A stretch of 64,000 bases of DNA, taken from NCBI RefSeq assembly GCF_006345805.1, contig NC_043015.1:35588001-35652000 (forward strand), read 5' to 3'. This document shows, in pieces, positions 28,721 through 41,532 of this stretch (position 1 is its first letter; the number at the start of each line of letters is the position of its first letter). The stretch is from Octopus sinensis. Its lineage: Eukaryota. The notes beneath the pieces were generated by a model. The model did not search any database and was not told the DNA's origin. It saw only the letters and a list, made by a program, of their open reading frames with translations. The translations under genes were made by a program, and so were the position numbers.

Positions 28721-29393
28721 GATGGGGCCGCGTACCAGCATGGCCGCAATCAAATGATTGAAATATGCAAAAGACAAAAGAAAAAAGACCCATCGACAAT
28801 AAATCGCTTCCTCAATTTCTCCATTAATAAAGCTAATGGACCGCTTAAAGTAGTGCTGTTCGTGTTAATTGTGTTTCCTTTATCTTGTCAACCTGCAGAA
28901 GATATTTCACCTTGATCTTTGTGGAAACCCTATCAAGCATCAAGATTCACACGATTCTTAAAATTATAGTTTGTGTAATGAGGAGAGGATAAATCTTATA
29001 CCAAAGATGGTGTATTTATATCTGATGCATTTATTATGAATGTGGCTTGGAAGGGATAAATAAAATTTACTATATGGACTGAGTTCTAAGAATTCTCGTG
29101 TGCACACCCAAATACAGACTTATATGAATACGTACACACACACACACACACACACACACATCTAACAGCAACGCAATAACAACATTCTACATTCAACAGG
29201 TAGGTTTTGACTAATATTTTGTTTATTTGGAAAACAAAGAAACGTACCAATTTTATGCCACTTCAGGAGGATTATATTACGTAACAGTTATCATAACTTC
29301 TGGAAAGATAGGTGTTAAAAGCATCCAGAACAGTGGTTTTCTGGTTGCGTTACGCAAAACATGCTTATAACAATCTAACCTGCCCCTACTCAG

Positions 29394-29459
<66 letters not shown>

Positions 29460-29699
29460 GTATACATATGCATACATACATACACACATACATATACATA
29501 AACACATATACATACATACATATATACATACATATATTTTTTCTTCTATTCGTTTCAGCCAAATGGCTGCGGTCATGCTGGAGCACCACCATGACTTTCG
29601 CTCCTTTTGCTCTGCTCTCTGCACATTTCTTGCACGGCTCTTCTCCGCCAACTAATGTCGTCCAATCAAGACTTTCGATAGCACATCTGGTGTTTAAGA

Positions 29700-30050
29700 G
29701 AATTTGACAACACTGCCCTCAACTGTGTCTCATTTCGAGCCATCGGTTAGTCTGGTATCGTGGGTAGAAAGTGTCGAGGTTTGTTTTGAAGACCTCTATA
29801 TCCATGTCTTGCAGGCCTCTCAATTCTTTTGGCAGGGCATTAAAGAGCTGAGGTCCTCTGAAACCGAAGTTGTTGCAATACCTTGTTCTTATGTGAGATG
29901 CAGCGACAGATACCCAGTGGTGACCTGTGCGGGTATTCGTATAGTACTTGATACCAAAGTTTGGTACCAGTCCTTCCAATATTTTCCATATGTAAATTAT
30001 TACCTATCTCTCCCGCATGCACTCCAGTAGAGATACCAGACGTTGCCCCG
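29700..30050 (-). mobile_element. 3' fragment of a CR1/L2/Jockey-superfamily LINE
   Basis: EGLVPNFGIKYY...RTRYCNNFGFRGPQLFNALPKELRGL..MDIEVFKTNLD: typical post-RT C-terminus (WN/FN.LP..., FK..LD). Confidence 0.75.
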
Positions 30051-32659
30051 GTTAAAGAGAATAACGAAATTTAAAAACGCTCTCTAGATCACGGAGTTCT
30101 CAACTACTTGTAGCGGAAATGCCAACTTTCTACATTTATAACTCTCCAGCTCATGCCAGCATGGATCATAGACGTTAAGCGAAATGTTCAAATTTCACGT
30201 TTCCATTCATCGGACATTTATGATCAAGACTCATTATTACAGTTCGCCGGTGAACGGAAACGTGAAACTCTGAGTTACACTTTGTGTGGGTGTATATATA
30301 TATATATATATGTATGCATATGTACATACATATACGCGCTTACGTGCGTATATATGTGTAATTATGTGTCATCGTTTTATTTCTCCATCCGTTTTGGAAT
30401 CAATAAATGGCAACAGCAACGTTAAGAACGAAACTCACAAATGGAACTACCCATATTTAAGTACATATATATTTGAACATAACTGTTCCATCAAAACAGT
30501 GACATTAAGTGTTGTGTAGAAATATAAACCCAAGTAAATATATTTTAAAAAAATCCGATTATTTGGTTTTTATATCTATTTATAAAATATTCTCCACTTA
30601 AAGATTTCATATTTCGACATTTGGATCTTTCCTACAGAATGCATTTTACCATCAACATTTACACAAACCGAAATTACATTTTCAGATTATTCACAATTCA
30701 TGCACAAACAAACAAATACAAACATACATAAAAATTCGCTTCTTTAGTGTTTCTTCTTAATATTTCTGCTCTTTTAATTTTATTTTTGGTCTTTCATATA
30801 TTTGTTTGTTAAAGTCTCCATTCTGGAAACGTCGGTCGTTTTATTATTATTCTCGTTCGTTATTTGCTGACCGTTACCGATTCTTTCCGCTATTGATGTA
30901 CGGCAGGACAGAAGTGAAATGGCCATGTCTCATAAGGTTACGTCTATTGGCTGGAATTAAGTACTTGTATTGAGCAAATACATCCAGTTAGCTATGATGT
31001 TCAACCGGTCGTTAAGCGAATCGAACATGTACAATTTTTCAAGCTTCACTGAACTTTAAATTCACTTCACGATGAAGGGAAATAGTATGAAAGATACACA
31101 GTTAATTGAAATACTACTACTACTAACAACAACAACATCATTAATAATGAAAGTAATAAGGAAAACAGCAAAACTAACAAGACCAATATTAATATTAAAG
31201 ACAACTAATAATGATATTAAGAAGAGTAGTAAATGCTTCTAATTTCGATGCAAGGCAAGTAAGTAGATGAGCGATGCAAATAAATAACATGGACCCTAGT
31301 ATGTGACTGGTATTTATTTTATCGAACCTCAAAGTGATGAAAAATGGATGGTCAAAATATACGCCGCTCGACAGAGAAGCGGTTCGTCATAGTAGGGACG
31401 AGATTCTAAATCTTGGAAGTAACCAAGAAGCCTTCTAGACAGCCTAAAGTGTGACAAACTGGTCCTCAAACCGATCCACCTCAGCTGGATAGTGGTAAAA
31501 AATACAGGTGGTCGATGTGTCATCAGAAATAGAAATCTGTTGGCCAGTGGCAGCTGTTTTATCCAAGTCTACAAATAGACCAAACCAGTTTGGAGCAGAT
31601 CAAGAGAGTATGGAATCTATTCCAAAACTCATCAGTTTAGTAGGTGGTTTGCAACAGCTTTTGGCAGCTAAGGGTAGAAACCTAGGGTATCACTTATGCA
31701 GGGACAAACCTTAACCCCAAAACACCAGCATAACACTATAAGGCTTTCCCTCTTCTTCGCATAGCTCAATTAGGTCTTTGCAAAGATGAAAAATAGAAAG
31801 CTGTCCGGACAGGAAGGTAGAGAAACAGGGAAACGACAAGAGAAACTTACAGAAAAGAAGTTGTGAGAATTGAAGGGAGACAACTACTGCAGAATAAATC
31901 GTCCATACCAACTCATACACCATCTTCCCTCCATCACCATCTCTATAATGACCACACCCTCAACACACCCAAAGAAACATAACATGTTTGGCCAGTGGCA
32001 GAATTAACAAAGGATTAATGCACCAACTATATCAACCCCAAAATCAAACCAACGACCAAAACACTCGAATCCGAAAAACAAAAATCTTACAACAAACAAA
32101 GAAATAAAATATCTCAGAGATTTCGCTTGGACAAATATTAAAGGATTTGCAAAAATCTATTTGTGGAAACACCTTCGACAAACCGGAAGGGCAGATTGCA
32201 TGTGCTTCCACGAAAATAAGGCAAACGACCCCACTCACTTTCTTCTTGTCATCTAACATGACCTTACTCAGATTAGGAAGTGTGAATAAATGTAACTCTG
32301 CATTGTCTTGGAAGCAAGTCAGTAGGTCAATGACCTCAGATCACGAGACACATATGTAGTGGCCATCATCGAGAAGGAAACCCCCCAAAATGCTGTACTG
32401 TCTTTATATAGCTTTGATTATCGACTACCAGATGGAGGTCAATCACATATCTTTGCAGAAAGTTTAATAAAGCTCCACTCTTGATGGAAATCTCCTGTAA
32501 GGATATTTTGGTTTTAGTTAGTTTAAGTTTATCGAATTGTTTTTCGGATTTGTATGTGTTGCTATGATGATGCTTGTGTTTTTTCAAATAATTTGGTTCA
32601 ATGCATTTTAGATAAAGAAATACCTGAAAGATATTATAGCGTCCTACTTTCAAATGACA

Positions 32660-33290
32660 GTTTTCAAATAAATTTGTTAAATGAGAAATATTTTGTTGAA
32701 ATTGAAAGAAAATTAATAAGTTTAAAGTGTGCCCACAATAATATCTTTCAATGGACAGGTCAAAAGACGGTACTGGTTTAGCAGTTTTGCTCGCTGTAAG
32801 TTATGTCCATGAAAATGGCATTAAAGAAGACTTGAATAGTTTGTCCGTCTGCCTTGAGAAAATTATGCTCTCGGTGAAGCAATTTATAATTCATTTATAA
32901 AAATTAAAAAAACCCCTGAAATTTCGTGAAAACTTTCTTCAAGTTTTTGCAGTGACGAAGTTGTGGCTATGATGGGGGCGAAAGTAACAGGATACTATTC
33001 TACAAGAAACAAAGAATATAGAAAATGAAGAATTAGCGTTGAAAGTTTCTGCTGTTGTCTTCATCGTCAAACACTTGCAGTGAAACATGCCCGAAGATAT
33101 GAAATTAATAGTAAACGCTGCTGCATTTTATTAAATCAAGATCACCAAACGCAAGAAACTTGAGTTTATTATGTGATGTCTGAGATTGCAGACAACTTCA
33201 TTACTTGTGAAATGCTGTTGTCGAACGGAAGCATCAGGAGCGTGGTTTTCTGAATTTCAGGAAGAAATTGAATTATTTTTATCTGAACAT
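32660..33290 (+). pseudogene. hAT (Charlie/Buster, ZBED5-like) transposase relic
   Basis: Frameshifted translation QMDRSKDGTGLAVLL..YVHENGIKED (first catalytic D region), CCLHRQTLAVK (CxxH) and FIKSRSPNARNLSLLC. Confidence 0.7.
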
Positions 33291-35299
33291 GATTTTTAAC
33301 TTTCAAGCAAACTAAAAACAAAGTTTTCGGTGAAAATAATTGCTATATCTATTTGATAAATGTAAGGTCTCGAGTCATAGAACTCATAGGGTTGATTAGC
33401 ATGGTGCATAAGCGACTGAAACCCCCCACCCACTTCCTGAACGGGTCACCCGTCCGTCGTGAGGTTACCCATTTACAGCCAAGTGGACTGAGGCAAGGTT
33501 AAAGGAAATGTTTTCCTCAAAAACACAACGCACCGCCCGGTCGGAGAATAGAAATCAGGATTTTCCAGTCGTGAATGCAACACAAACTACCATCAAGCTG
33601 CGTGAAGTCCAAATATCTTTCTCACATATTCTTCTAATTCAATAAGGTTAATCTTCCAGTACATGGTACCAATACAAATTGATTTAAAGATTAAATTAAC
33701 ATTTATGCAGTAAAATATTAACTAAAACTCTTGGATAACCATTTAGCCAAGAATGATGTGGAGCGCCATGAAACATTTGTGTTATTTTTACTATCCAATC
33801 AAATTCTCCTGGGTTTAGCTATAAAGTATTCAATTTTGTAACATTTATGTGATATGGTTAAATCAATAACACCATATATGTGTGATAAGTAGTATAGATC
33901 GATAATATCGTATCTGTGTGATATAAGCAAACCAATAAACGCCGTAGTTTCCGAATGAAATTGAAAACTAAGTTTGGGTTGAAAACCCATTTATAGACTC
34001 GTTAAACTTCCGCAAACTTCCACGAAAAGAAAAGAATTAGAAAATAGAGATATCAACGAGTTTTGCTTGAAATCAAAATTCCAACAAGTGAAACTGTCAA
34101 GATTCTGGATTACATTATTAATGGAGTAATCTACTCTAAAAGCAAAGCTTTAAAAGTGTTAATGCGATTTTCAGTTAGGTATTGATGTGACAGAAGTTTT
34201 TCACTTCACTTAATAAAAAATTTAGAGATAGACTGCATAAATAAGTTGGATTAAGTTAACATGTAACTTCCATAATTCCGAATATCAAGGCTCTCTGCGA
34301 TCGGAAGCAGGTTCATCTAAAGCATTCATTTTTAATATCTCTGTTTTCAACGCGAGTTCTTCAAACAGATAAGATAAAAATGCAACTAAATTATGCTCAC
34401 ACAATCTTATTTTAATGCTTAATTGCACATTGGCTGCAATTTATTTTTGCTTGAATATCATTTAACTTCCACTAATGGAAACCCTCAAAATTTTGTCTCA
34501 ATTTAGAGGGTTATATTAATGCTAAAAGGTTTTAAAACCCCTGCGGTATATGATCAGAGCATTGTGATTGTTTTGGAGCTCGTGATTAAATACAGCACAT
34601 ATTGTGTATAAAGAAGGTAGAATTTGAATGGTGCTATTGAAATGAAAGTTTTGGAAACTAGATTGAACCCATTTGGGGTAATTTTGGGTCTTAGTTGACG
34701 GTGTCAATCTTGATGTGGTCTTTCTGTTGACATATTTTCCAGGTAATTTTGTTTTTTAACTTTATTCTTTCAGAAAGCATCCAGGTGCGTTTTTGGGTCA
34801 CTTATATGGCACTTTCGCCTTCTGCTCTCTACGGTCACGGATAGTTCATTGTTTGATATGGATTCAATGTTACCTTGTTTGGATAAAAAAATCTCCTCTC
34901 AGACCCTCAACAGCTTTCAGCTTTTTTTTTATTTTCCTTATTTCGAGGATTTCTGTGCCGTTCTCAACGTCCATGAGAACAACTACCTCTAAACAGGAGT
35001 TAGCTACTGGGAGCGGTACCTTGATTGCTTTTATTTTTATCAATCTTTGGCCACAATATGCTGGCAGTAGAGGGAGCTTTTCACTCCTCAGTGGGGGAGT
35101 GACATCTCGATTCCTGTCGCTTCAAAAACACGGCCACCGTCCCAAATCAACCTGCCCCGGGCATTACATGATTTGCGTTTTCATGCGCAGCCCAAATCAT
35201 ATTGATTTGGGAGTCGGTAGCTCGCTCCACTCGGAGTGACTTCACTCCATTTTGTACGGTGTGTTACCATACAACGTCGCACATTTTCCAGCATGTCGG

Positions 35300-35420
35300 G
35301 TGGTGGTGTGAGGTTAATTCTCTCATATCTATCGACTTTTCTTTCTTCTATATCGCATACCATGCGGTCGGCTGGGCATACTATATCTATGATCCAGCAT
35401 CGTTTGCTTTCTTTCTGGCC
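35300..35420 (-). mobile_element. Inverted copy of the same RLE domain
   Basis: KESKRCWIIDIVCPADRMVCDIEERKVDRYER on the minus strand. Confidence 0.8.
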
Positions 35421-35427
35421 CAGAAAG

Positions 35428-35875
35428 TTTATAAGAGACTTCATAACAATATAGCAAGGATTGTCCCTTGAACACTTTGCAACAACTAAGGACTTGACAT
35501 AAACTAGAAGGCATCATAAAAAATGATAATGCGAAGATCCTATGAGATTTTGTGATTCAGTGTGGCCATGAGATAGAGAATAGGAAGCCAGGCATAGTGC
35601 TAATTGAGAAAGAAAGCAAACGATGCTAGATCATAGATATAGCATGCCCAGCTGACAAGGTATGCGATAAAGAAGAAAGAAAAGTCGATAAGTATAACAG
35701 AGTATCTTGGGACGTTAGACAGTTGCGCTCGCTGAAAAATGTGGTTGTTGTAGCAATAAATGTCGGAGCTCTTGGAACAATGAGTAAAAATCTTGAGAAA
35801 TACGTGGAACAAATAGGGGCTGCGATAAGGGTAGAGCACTTGCAGTAAACAGCACTGCTTGGAACCGCTCGAAAA
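35428..35875 (+). mobile_element. RLE non-LTR retrotransposon (R4/Dong/NeSL-like) 3' fragment
   Basis: YKRLHNNIARIV..., AKIL*DFVIQC.HEIENRKP.IVLIEKESKRC*IIDIACPAD, VGALGT, ALLGTAR. Confidence 0.85.
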
Positions 35876-35899
35876 ATAACGAGTGTTACCTTAGTTCAC

Positions 35900-37210
35900 T
35901 GCCTCTGAAAAAGCAAAACAGAGAGAAATACAAATCTGGGAAGAATCCCAAACAAGGGAATTAAAATAAAAAAAAACGACTGAATTAATCAGAGGAGAAA
36001 TATGAATGTTAAATGAACTAATCTGCGGAATCGATATAAGATCCAGAAAAGAAGGAAAGATGAAGAGAAAATATAAATTTTCAGCAAGAGAAGAATAGCT
36101 TTCAAATAAATGTGCAACAAAAAATCCATGCAAAAGCTCTAAAAATATGAAGATTTGAGAAGAAAAACAACTTTTACAAGAAAAATATGCTTGTTCACAT
36201 CCAAAGGCAGATGCATAACGTTTTTACCTTCCCATAGCCCAAGGAGGTCGAGGCTTGAACCAATTTGAAATCTCTTACAAAACCACTACAACTGGACTGG
36301 CCAAATGTCTTGAAACATCTAACGACTGGATGCTAAAACTCACTGAAAATGGCGAGAAACGTAAGAAACTTCATTCGGTAATGAAGGAGAGCCAAAATTT
36401 TTCTAATGAGTTCATGCATAACGCCCAGGTTGACCAGTAAGTTGGGGATGCCGTAACTGTATTTGCGAAGAAGGCGAAATCAATGGCAAAGAAAAAGACA
36501 TGAATAATTGACTGATAGGCGATAACAAAAATCTTTGTATTGCAAATACGTGGACCATAGCAAAGGTGGTGTAGACCAGTAGCACACCTACCTAAAGATA
36601 GGGAATGAAGGCTTCATCTTAGCTGCTCAATATCTTATTATCCGGAAATACAAGGCCAATGTGATGACAAATGGAGTAAACCCAAAATGCCGATATTGCA
36701 ATGATGAGATTGAAACAGCGAACCATCTAATCTCTGGGTGTAAAGTTTTAGCACCTATAGAGTATAAATCAAGACATGACAGAGTTGGCGAATATCTACA
36801 CTAGTTAATATGTCGGCATTATAAAATCAAAACTGCTGACAAATGGTATAAGCACCGCACTGAGGGAGAAAATGTAACTATTCTTTGGAACTTTCCAGTA
36901 CATATAGACCAGAAAATCAAAGCTAATAAACTGGATGTGAAAAACTAAACAATAATGTCTATTTATTGATCGACATGAATATTCCTTGTGACAATAATAT
37001 TTTGGCAAAAGAATTTGATAAGGTCAGAAAATATAAGGATTTTCTGATTGAAATCGAAAAACTGTGGCACTGCAACACGGTTACAATACCAAAGGTTGCA
37101 GGAGCAGATGAAATGATCAAAAAAGGAACTGAAAATTATTTGAGAAAGATCCCCGACTTAACATCCATGCAAGAAGAACAAAAAGATTCTCTTAACTGAC
37201 ACATTACACG
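35900..37210 (+). mobile_element. Second, longer degenerate RLE non-LTR retrotransposon (post-RT, CCHC knuckle, RLE)
   Basis: HPKADA..YLPIAQGGRGL, EGFILAAQ, KCRYCNDEIETANHLISGC, RHDRVG, TILWNFPV, IDMNIPCDNNI..KEFDK..KYKD. Confidence 0.85.
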
Positions 37211-37949
37211 TATAGAGACGAGAACTGTCGCTGGGAATTTTCTTACCCCCCCTCCACTTATTTTCTTTGTTTTCTTTTTTTCTTTTGCTTTTCATTATTC
37301 TATTTTTCTCTTTCCTTTTTCCGTCTTTTTTTTCTTTCTTTCTATCATATAACTTGACATTGTAAATGAACAATCTGGTGTGTATACAGTAAGTTTCTTT
37401 GCTCTAATTGTGTGGAAGAGACTCGGTGAGAAATGGAAATAAAAATGAAAGTGGAGAAAATAACTAATTGCTGCTGCTGCTGATGTTTGCAACGACATTC
37501 ATTATAGCAGCAACATTACTGAATGAGGTCCCGATTCACATTCAATATTTGTTTTGCACTGTTACACCCAACCTCACTCCTACTGACCATAATGAGTATT
37601 TAGGGCTGCAACATCAGCCATATAACACCTTACTCTAATAATACAGCAAAAATTTAAAAAAAACGTTCCCTGAACATCGTTCAGAAAAAGTGAGAAGGGC
37701 CGAGTTCAAAATATCCGAAGGGAGTTGAGTTATTTTGCTGTGAGAAGCGATACAAGATTAAAGTTGACCTGTCAGGGTTTAAAGTATCTGCTGAGTGAGG
37801 CCATCAGAAATGCTTTGATGGGAGTTTATTGTTTCATTAAAATTGAAATGGTTTCCTTTACAATACTCTGCGGGATAGTTTTTATGGAAAGCAAGACTCA
37901 AGCGACGCCAAGTTTACGGCATGTAGTGATGTATGCATGCGTGTATGTA

Positions 37950-37993
<44 letters not shown>

Positions 37994-38203
37994 TGCGTGT
38001 ATGCATTTAGGTGTGTATCAACGTGTGTTTATGTATATGTATCTACGAACGCATATAAGTCCGTATTTATATGTGTGTGTGTTTGTGCGTTTGCATGTTT
38101 GTGTGTGTGTGTATGTGTGTGTGTGTGTATATATTTATGGGATACGTAAACAGATACCTAAATGTTGTATATACCTATCTCTAAGTATGTATATGCGTAA
38201 ATG

Positions 38204-38246
<43 letters not shown>

Positions 38247-38695
38247 TATATATTTGTAAAAAATGAAGTTCGAAAATGCTGCTGTATTATACAATTTTTA
38301 ATTTTTATATATACATTATAACATGTTTCAGTTCCTGAAATGAACCTTATCAAAAAAAGTTATATATAAAAAGAGACAGCTCATGCCGTCAAACACAAGA
38401 AATTCATTTATAATACACAACGGAGTCAGACATCTTAGAGTTCATGTATAGTTGATATATAGTTCATGTATAGTTGATATATAGTTTGAAGTATATGTTC
38501 AAAGTGTTCGATGCAGTGGCCCACGGTGGCGATACGTATTCAATACAAAAAACAGATCAAAGTGGTGGAAAGCGGTCAATACAGAAGATTGATGTTTCCG
38601 AAAGAGCGAGGAATTCATTTTTACCTTAAGCAATTGTGATGACCCATGGTGGAAGTTCGCTGGGTGGTTCTAGTGAGTTTTTGTGAAATGCTCGG

Positions 38696-39066
38696 TTTTA
38701 TAATGCCTGTTAGGTGGTCAATCTAGCGTAGCGTGACGTCATCAATGTTTTGACCAATCGTTTCGTTAGGTGGCTTTAACCAAGTGGAACGGGACGTCAT
38801 CATTATTTTGACCAATCGCTGCATTATAACTCCCTCTTGTTTGTTTCCTGTCTTGACCAGTCGCTTCGTTAGTCAAGCATAGCGGGACGTCATCCAGATT
38901 CTGCCCAATCACGACTTATAGCTACATTAGATCTGCCCCCTGTATGTACTTGTTAGGTGACTATTCAAGCAGAAAAGGACGTCATCAATATTCTGACTAA
39001 TGACTGTCCCCTGTTTGTATCCTGTCCATTCTAGCAGAGCTAGACGTCATCAACTTGTTGACCAAT
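38696..39066 (-). promoter_or_regulatory. Array of five CRE/ATF-like + CCAAT composite modules followed by TATAAAA
   Basis: GACGTCATC starts at 38735, 38793, 38886, 38978 and 39043. CCAAT starts exactly 19 nt later each time (CTAAT in the fourth module). Minus-strand TATAAAA at 38696-38702. Confidence 0.7.
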
Positions 39067-39234
39067 CAGAATCGGGTCTGACCCTTAGCTGTATCGTATG
39101 TATCAGGGTCAGATTTGCACGAAAGAATTTTTTTCCTTTTTTACTAAGGCATATTTCCGTCAGAGTCAGTGTCTGTTTGAAGTAGCGGCCGTGGTGAAAT
39201 TTGGTTCTCCTTTTCGGAGGACTTATCTTTTGTT

Positions 39235-41532
39235 TTAGTATTCCTGGCCCAGGGTGTTTAAACTTGGTCTAAATTTTTTTATGAAATATAGTTCTTTATT
39301 TTGGCGTTGTGTGAAGGTTGCGTTGTCACTGAATTTATAGAGCGGGTTAGTTGTAAATTTCGGATTTACATTTCCAGCACATCTATCTATGTGTCCGCTG
39401 ACCGGTATTTTGCGGTAATCAGGGTTTCTAATTTGTGATTTATGCACCGCCATCCTGTTACGTAAGCTATTTTTTGTATGGCCTATATACTGCCTATTGC
39501 AGCCTGCGCATGTTATGACGTAAATTAAGTTTTCTGATGCGCAGGTGAAGTTTGTTCTAATGGTGAACTGGTGGCCTTGTTCCAGTATAAATTCTGATCC
39601 TTCTTTCAAGATGACACAGATTCCGCAGTTGGGCCTTCCACATTTTCTAACTGCTGGTTTTGTGGTTGATGTTGAGTGCAGTGTAGCTTGGGTTAAAATC
39701 CTTTTCAAGGATTTTGGTTGCCGTTTACTTTTAATGATGGTGTGTGTTTCGAGGATCCGGTTCATCTTTGGGTCTCCCTTTAGTAGGGCTGTGCTTTGTA
39801 GTATGGTGTTGAAGGCCTCATTGTTGAGTGGGTTGTGTGTAGAGATGTAGGGAAGGGTTTTTAATTGTTCTTTCTTTTTTGGTTTTGTTTGTCTCAGGTC
39901 TTCTATACTTAATTTAAGTACCCGTTGGATTGCACTGTCTATTAGGGGCTGTGGATAGTTTCTATTTGTGAGTGTGGTTCTAAGTTCCTGGAGACGTGTG
40001 TGTCGGGTGTTTGTGTCTGATATTATGGTGCAAATCCTTCTAGCTAAACAAAAAGGGACATTCATTCTAGTGTGTCGTGGGTGGCATGAATCAAAGGGTA
40101 GGTACTGTTTAGAGTCTGTCGGTTTATAGTAGATATCTGTCTCTATTTTGTTGCCGGTTTTCTTAATGAGGATGTCTAAACATGGTAATTCTTTTTCGTT
40201 GTGGTCCATCGTGAATTGTATATTGTCATTTATTCCATTTAATAGAATTTTAAATTCCTCAAGTTTCTCTATGCCTTTGTCCCAGATGATGAAACAGTCA
40301 TCGAGGTATCTTTTCCAGTTGTTATGGATATAGGTGGCGAAGGTGTTTCCATATTTCTTGAGTGTCATCGGGTATAGTATTTTCTCGAGGTATCCCATCA
40401 CTAGGTTGGCAAAAGATGGTGCAGTACGCGTGCCCATCGCTGTTCCCGATCTTTGTCTGTAGAAATCATTGTCAAAAATAAAATAATTGTTCTCTAAAAT
40501 GAATCTAAGTCCTTCTATTATAAGGTCTTTGTTTATGCGAGTTGGGAGTTCAAAGGGGTAGTTATTCAGCCAGAAGGTGATTGCTTCTATTCCTAGGTTG
40601 TGAGGGATGTTAGAATAAAGATTAACTACGTCGAATGATACTAGAAGGGTTTTCTCATTGACTGTTTTAGGGAGGTGGTTGAGCATATCTATATCGTCTC
40701 TTACGTAGCTTTTGATGTGTTTTAGGAAAGGTTTAAGAAGTGTGTCTAAGAAATTGCTGAGGCGGTGAGTTTCACATGCTGGCCCTGCTATTATCGGTCT
40801 TAGTTTAAGATCATTTGGTGAAGGGATTTTGATGAGTGTGTCGGTGGATGTTTTGCACGTTTCTCTAATGGTTTGGCTTTTGTGTACCTTAAGGATACCA
40901 TAGAACAAACTCGATTTGCATTTGAAGTTAGTGATGTATTCATACTCCTTGATCGTGAGTCCTTCTTGGTATGTGTTGATTAATGTCCTAAGGTTATGCA
41001 TTATTTTTTGCTGGTTATACTGTTGGGCCCTTTCATAATACGTTTCATCTCTTAATAGGGATAGCACTAAATTTTTATAATTGTTTGTATTCATTATTAC
41101 TATCGCGTTGCCCTTATCTGCCTCCTTAATTGTTATTGTTTTGTCTTCTCTTAGTTTGATGAGGTCGTTCCATTCTCTTTTGTTGAAGTTAGGGCTGTGT
41201 TTTTGTTTCTTGATGAATTGAAACGGGAAATTAGTTATGTAGTCACAATAGCGGTCTAAGGCTTTATTCTTACCTTTGGTGGGGGTGTAATTGCTCTTGT
41301 TTCTAGCTATTGAGTCCTCCTCTATTTGTTTGTCTTGAAATGCCTCGGTGAGTCTTAGTTTTCTGCAAAATTCCGAAATATCATCTTTCATTTCATAATA
41401 ATTAGAACGTTGTGGGGTGGGTGTAAATTTAAGTCCTTTGGAGAGTATGCTTATTTCGTTAGGTGTAAGTTCTTTGTTTGAGAGATTAATTATCTTAATT
41501 ACCTGAGGTTTCTTTTGTTTGTCCTTTGCCAT
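39235..41532 (-). CDS. Penelope-like element ORF2: reverse transcriptase + C-terminal GIY-YIG endonuclease (765 aa, uninterrupted)
   Basis: PLE N-terminal motif IINLSNKELTPNEISILSKGLKFTPTP. RT motifs FYGILKVHK, LRPIIAG, SFDVVNLYSNIP, QRSGTAMGTRTAPSFANL, WKRYLDDCF. Thumb YYKPTDSKQYLPFDSCHP. Cys linker CGRPNCGIC. GIY-YIG NLIYVITCAGCNRQYIGHT..R...H...H...E..LN. Confidence 0.97.
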   Translation of the reverse strand: MAKDKQKKPQVIKIINLSNKELTPNEISILSKGLKFTPTPQRSNYYEMKDDISEFCRKLRLTEAFQDKQIEEDSIARNKSNYTPTKGKNKALDRYCDYITNFPFQFIKKQKHSPNFNKREWNDLIKLREDKTITIKEADKGNAIVIMNTNNYKNLVLSLLRDETYYERAQQYNQQKIMHNLRTLINTYQEGLTIKEYEYITNFKCKSSLFYGILKVHKSQTIRETCKTSTDTLIKIPSPNDLKLRPIIAGPACETHRLSNFLDTLLKPFLKHIKSYVRDDIDMLNHLPKTVNEKTLLVSFDVVNLYSNIPHNLGIEAITFWLNNYPFELPTRINKDLIIEGLRFILENNYFIFDNDFYRQRSGTAMGTRTAPSFANLVMGYLEKILYPMTLKKYGNTFATYIHNNWKRYLDDCFIIWDKGIEKLEEFKILLNGINDNIQFTMDHNEKELPCLDILIKKTGNKIETDIYYKPTDSKQYLPFDSCHPRHTRMNVPFCLARRICTIISDTNTRHTRLQELRTTLTNRNYPQPLIDSAIQRVLKLSIEDLRQTKPKKKEQLKTLPYISTHNPLNNEAFNTILQSTALLKGDPKMNRILETHTIIKSKRQPKSLKRILTQATLHSTSTTKPAVRKCGRPNCGICVILKEGSEFILEQGHQFTIRTNFTCASENLIYVITCAGCNRQYIGHTKNSLRNRMAVHKSQIRNPDYRKIPVSGHIDRCAGNVNPKFTTNPLYKFSDNATFTQRQNKELYFIKKFRPSLNTLGQEY

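Noticed and set aside
25166-28799. Long ORFs of 168-649 aa (MYVCIYIY.../HTYIY...) and dozens of similar short ones elsewhere
   Set aside because: Stop-free translations of (TA)n/(TACA)n/(CA)n repeats, not proteins.
31500-32560. Possible degenerate LINE ORF region
   Set aside because: Non-repetitive and retroelement-like in composition, but no motif could be read with confidence.
38318-38355. Hammerhead-like motif at the 3' end of the intact PLE (TTGATAA-ggttc..gaact-GAAAC-at-GTT)
   Set aside because: Two core changes (C3U, G8A) and no good stem I; at best a dead remnant, possibly from an older element.
39235-41532. Selenocysteine recoding as reported for some Naiad PLEs
   Set aside because: No in-frame UGA in the ORF.
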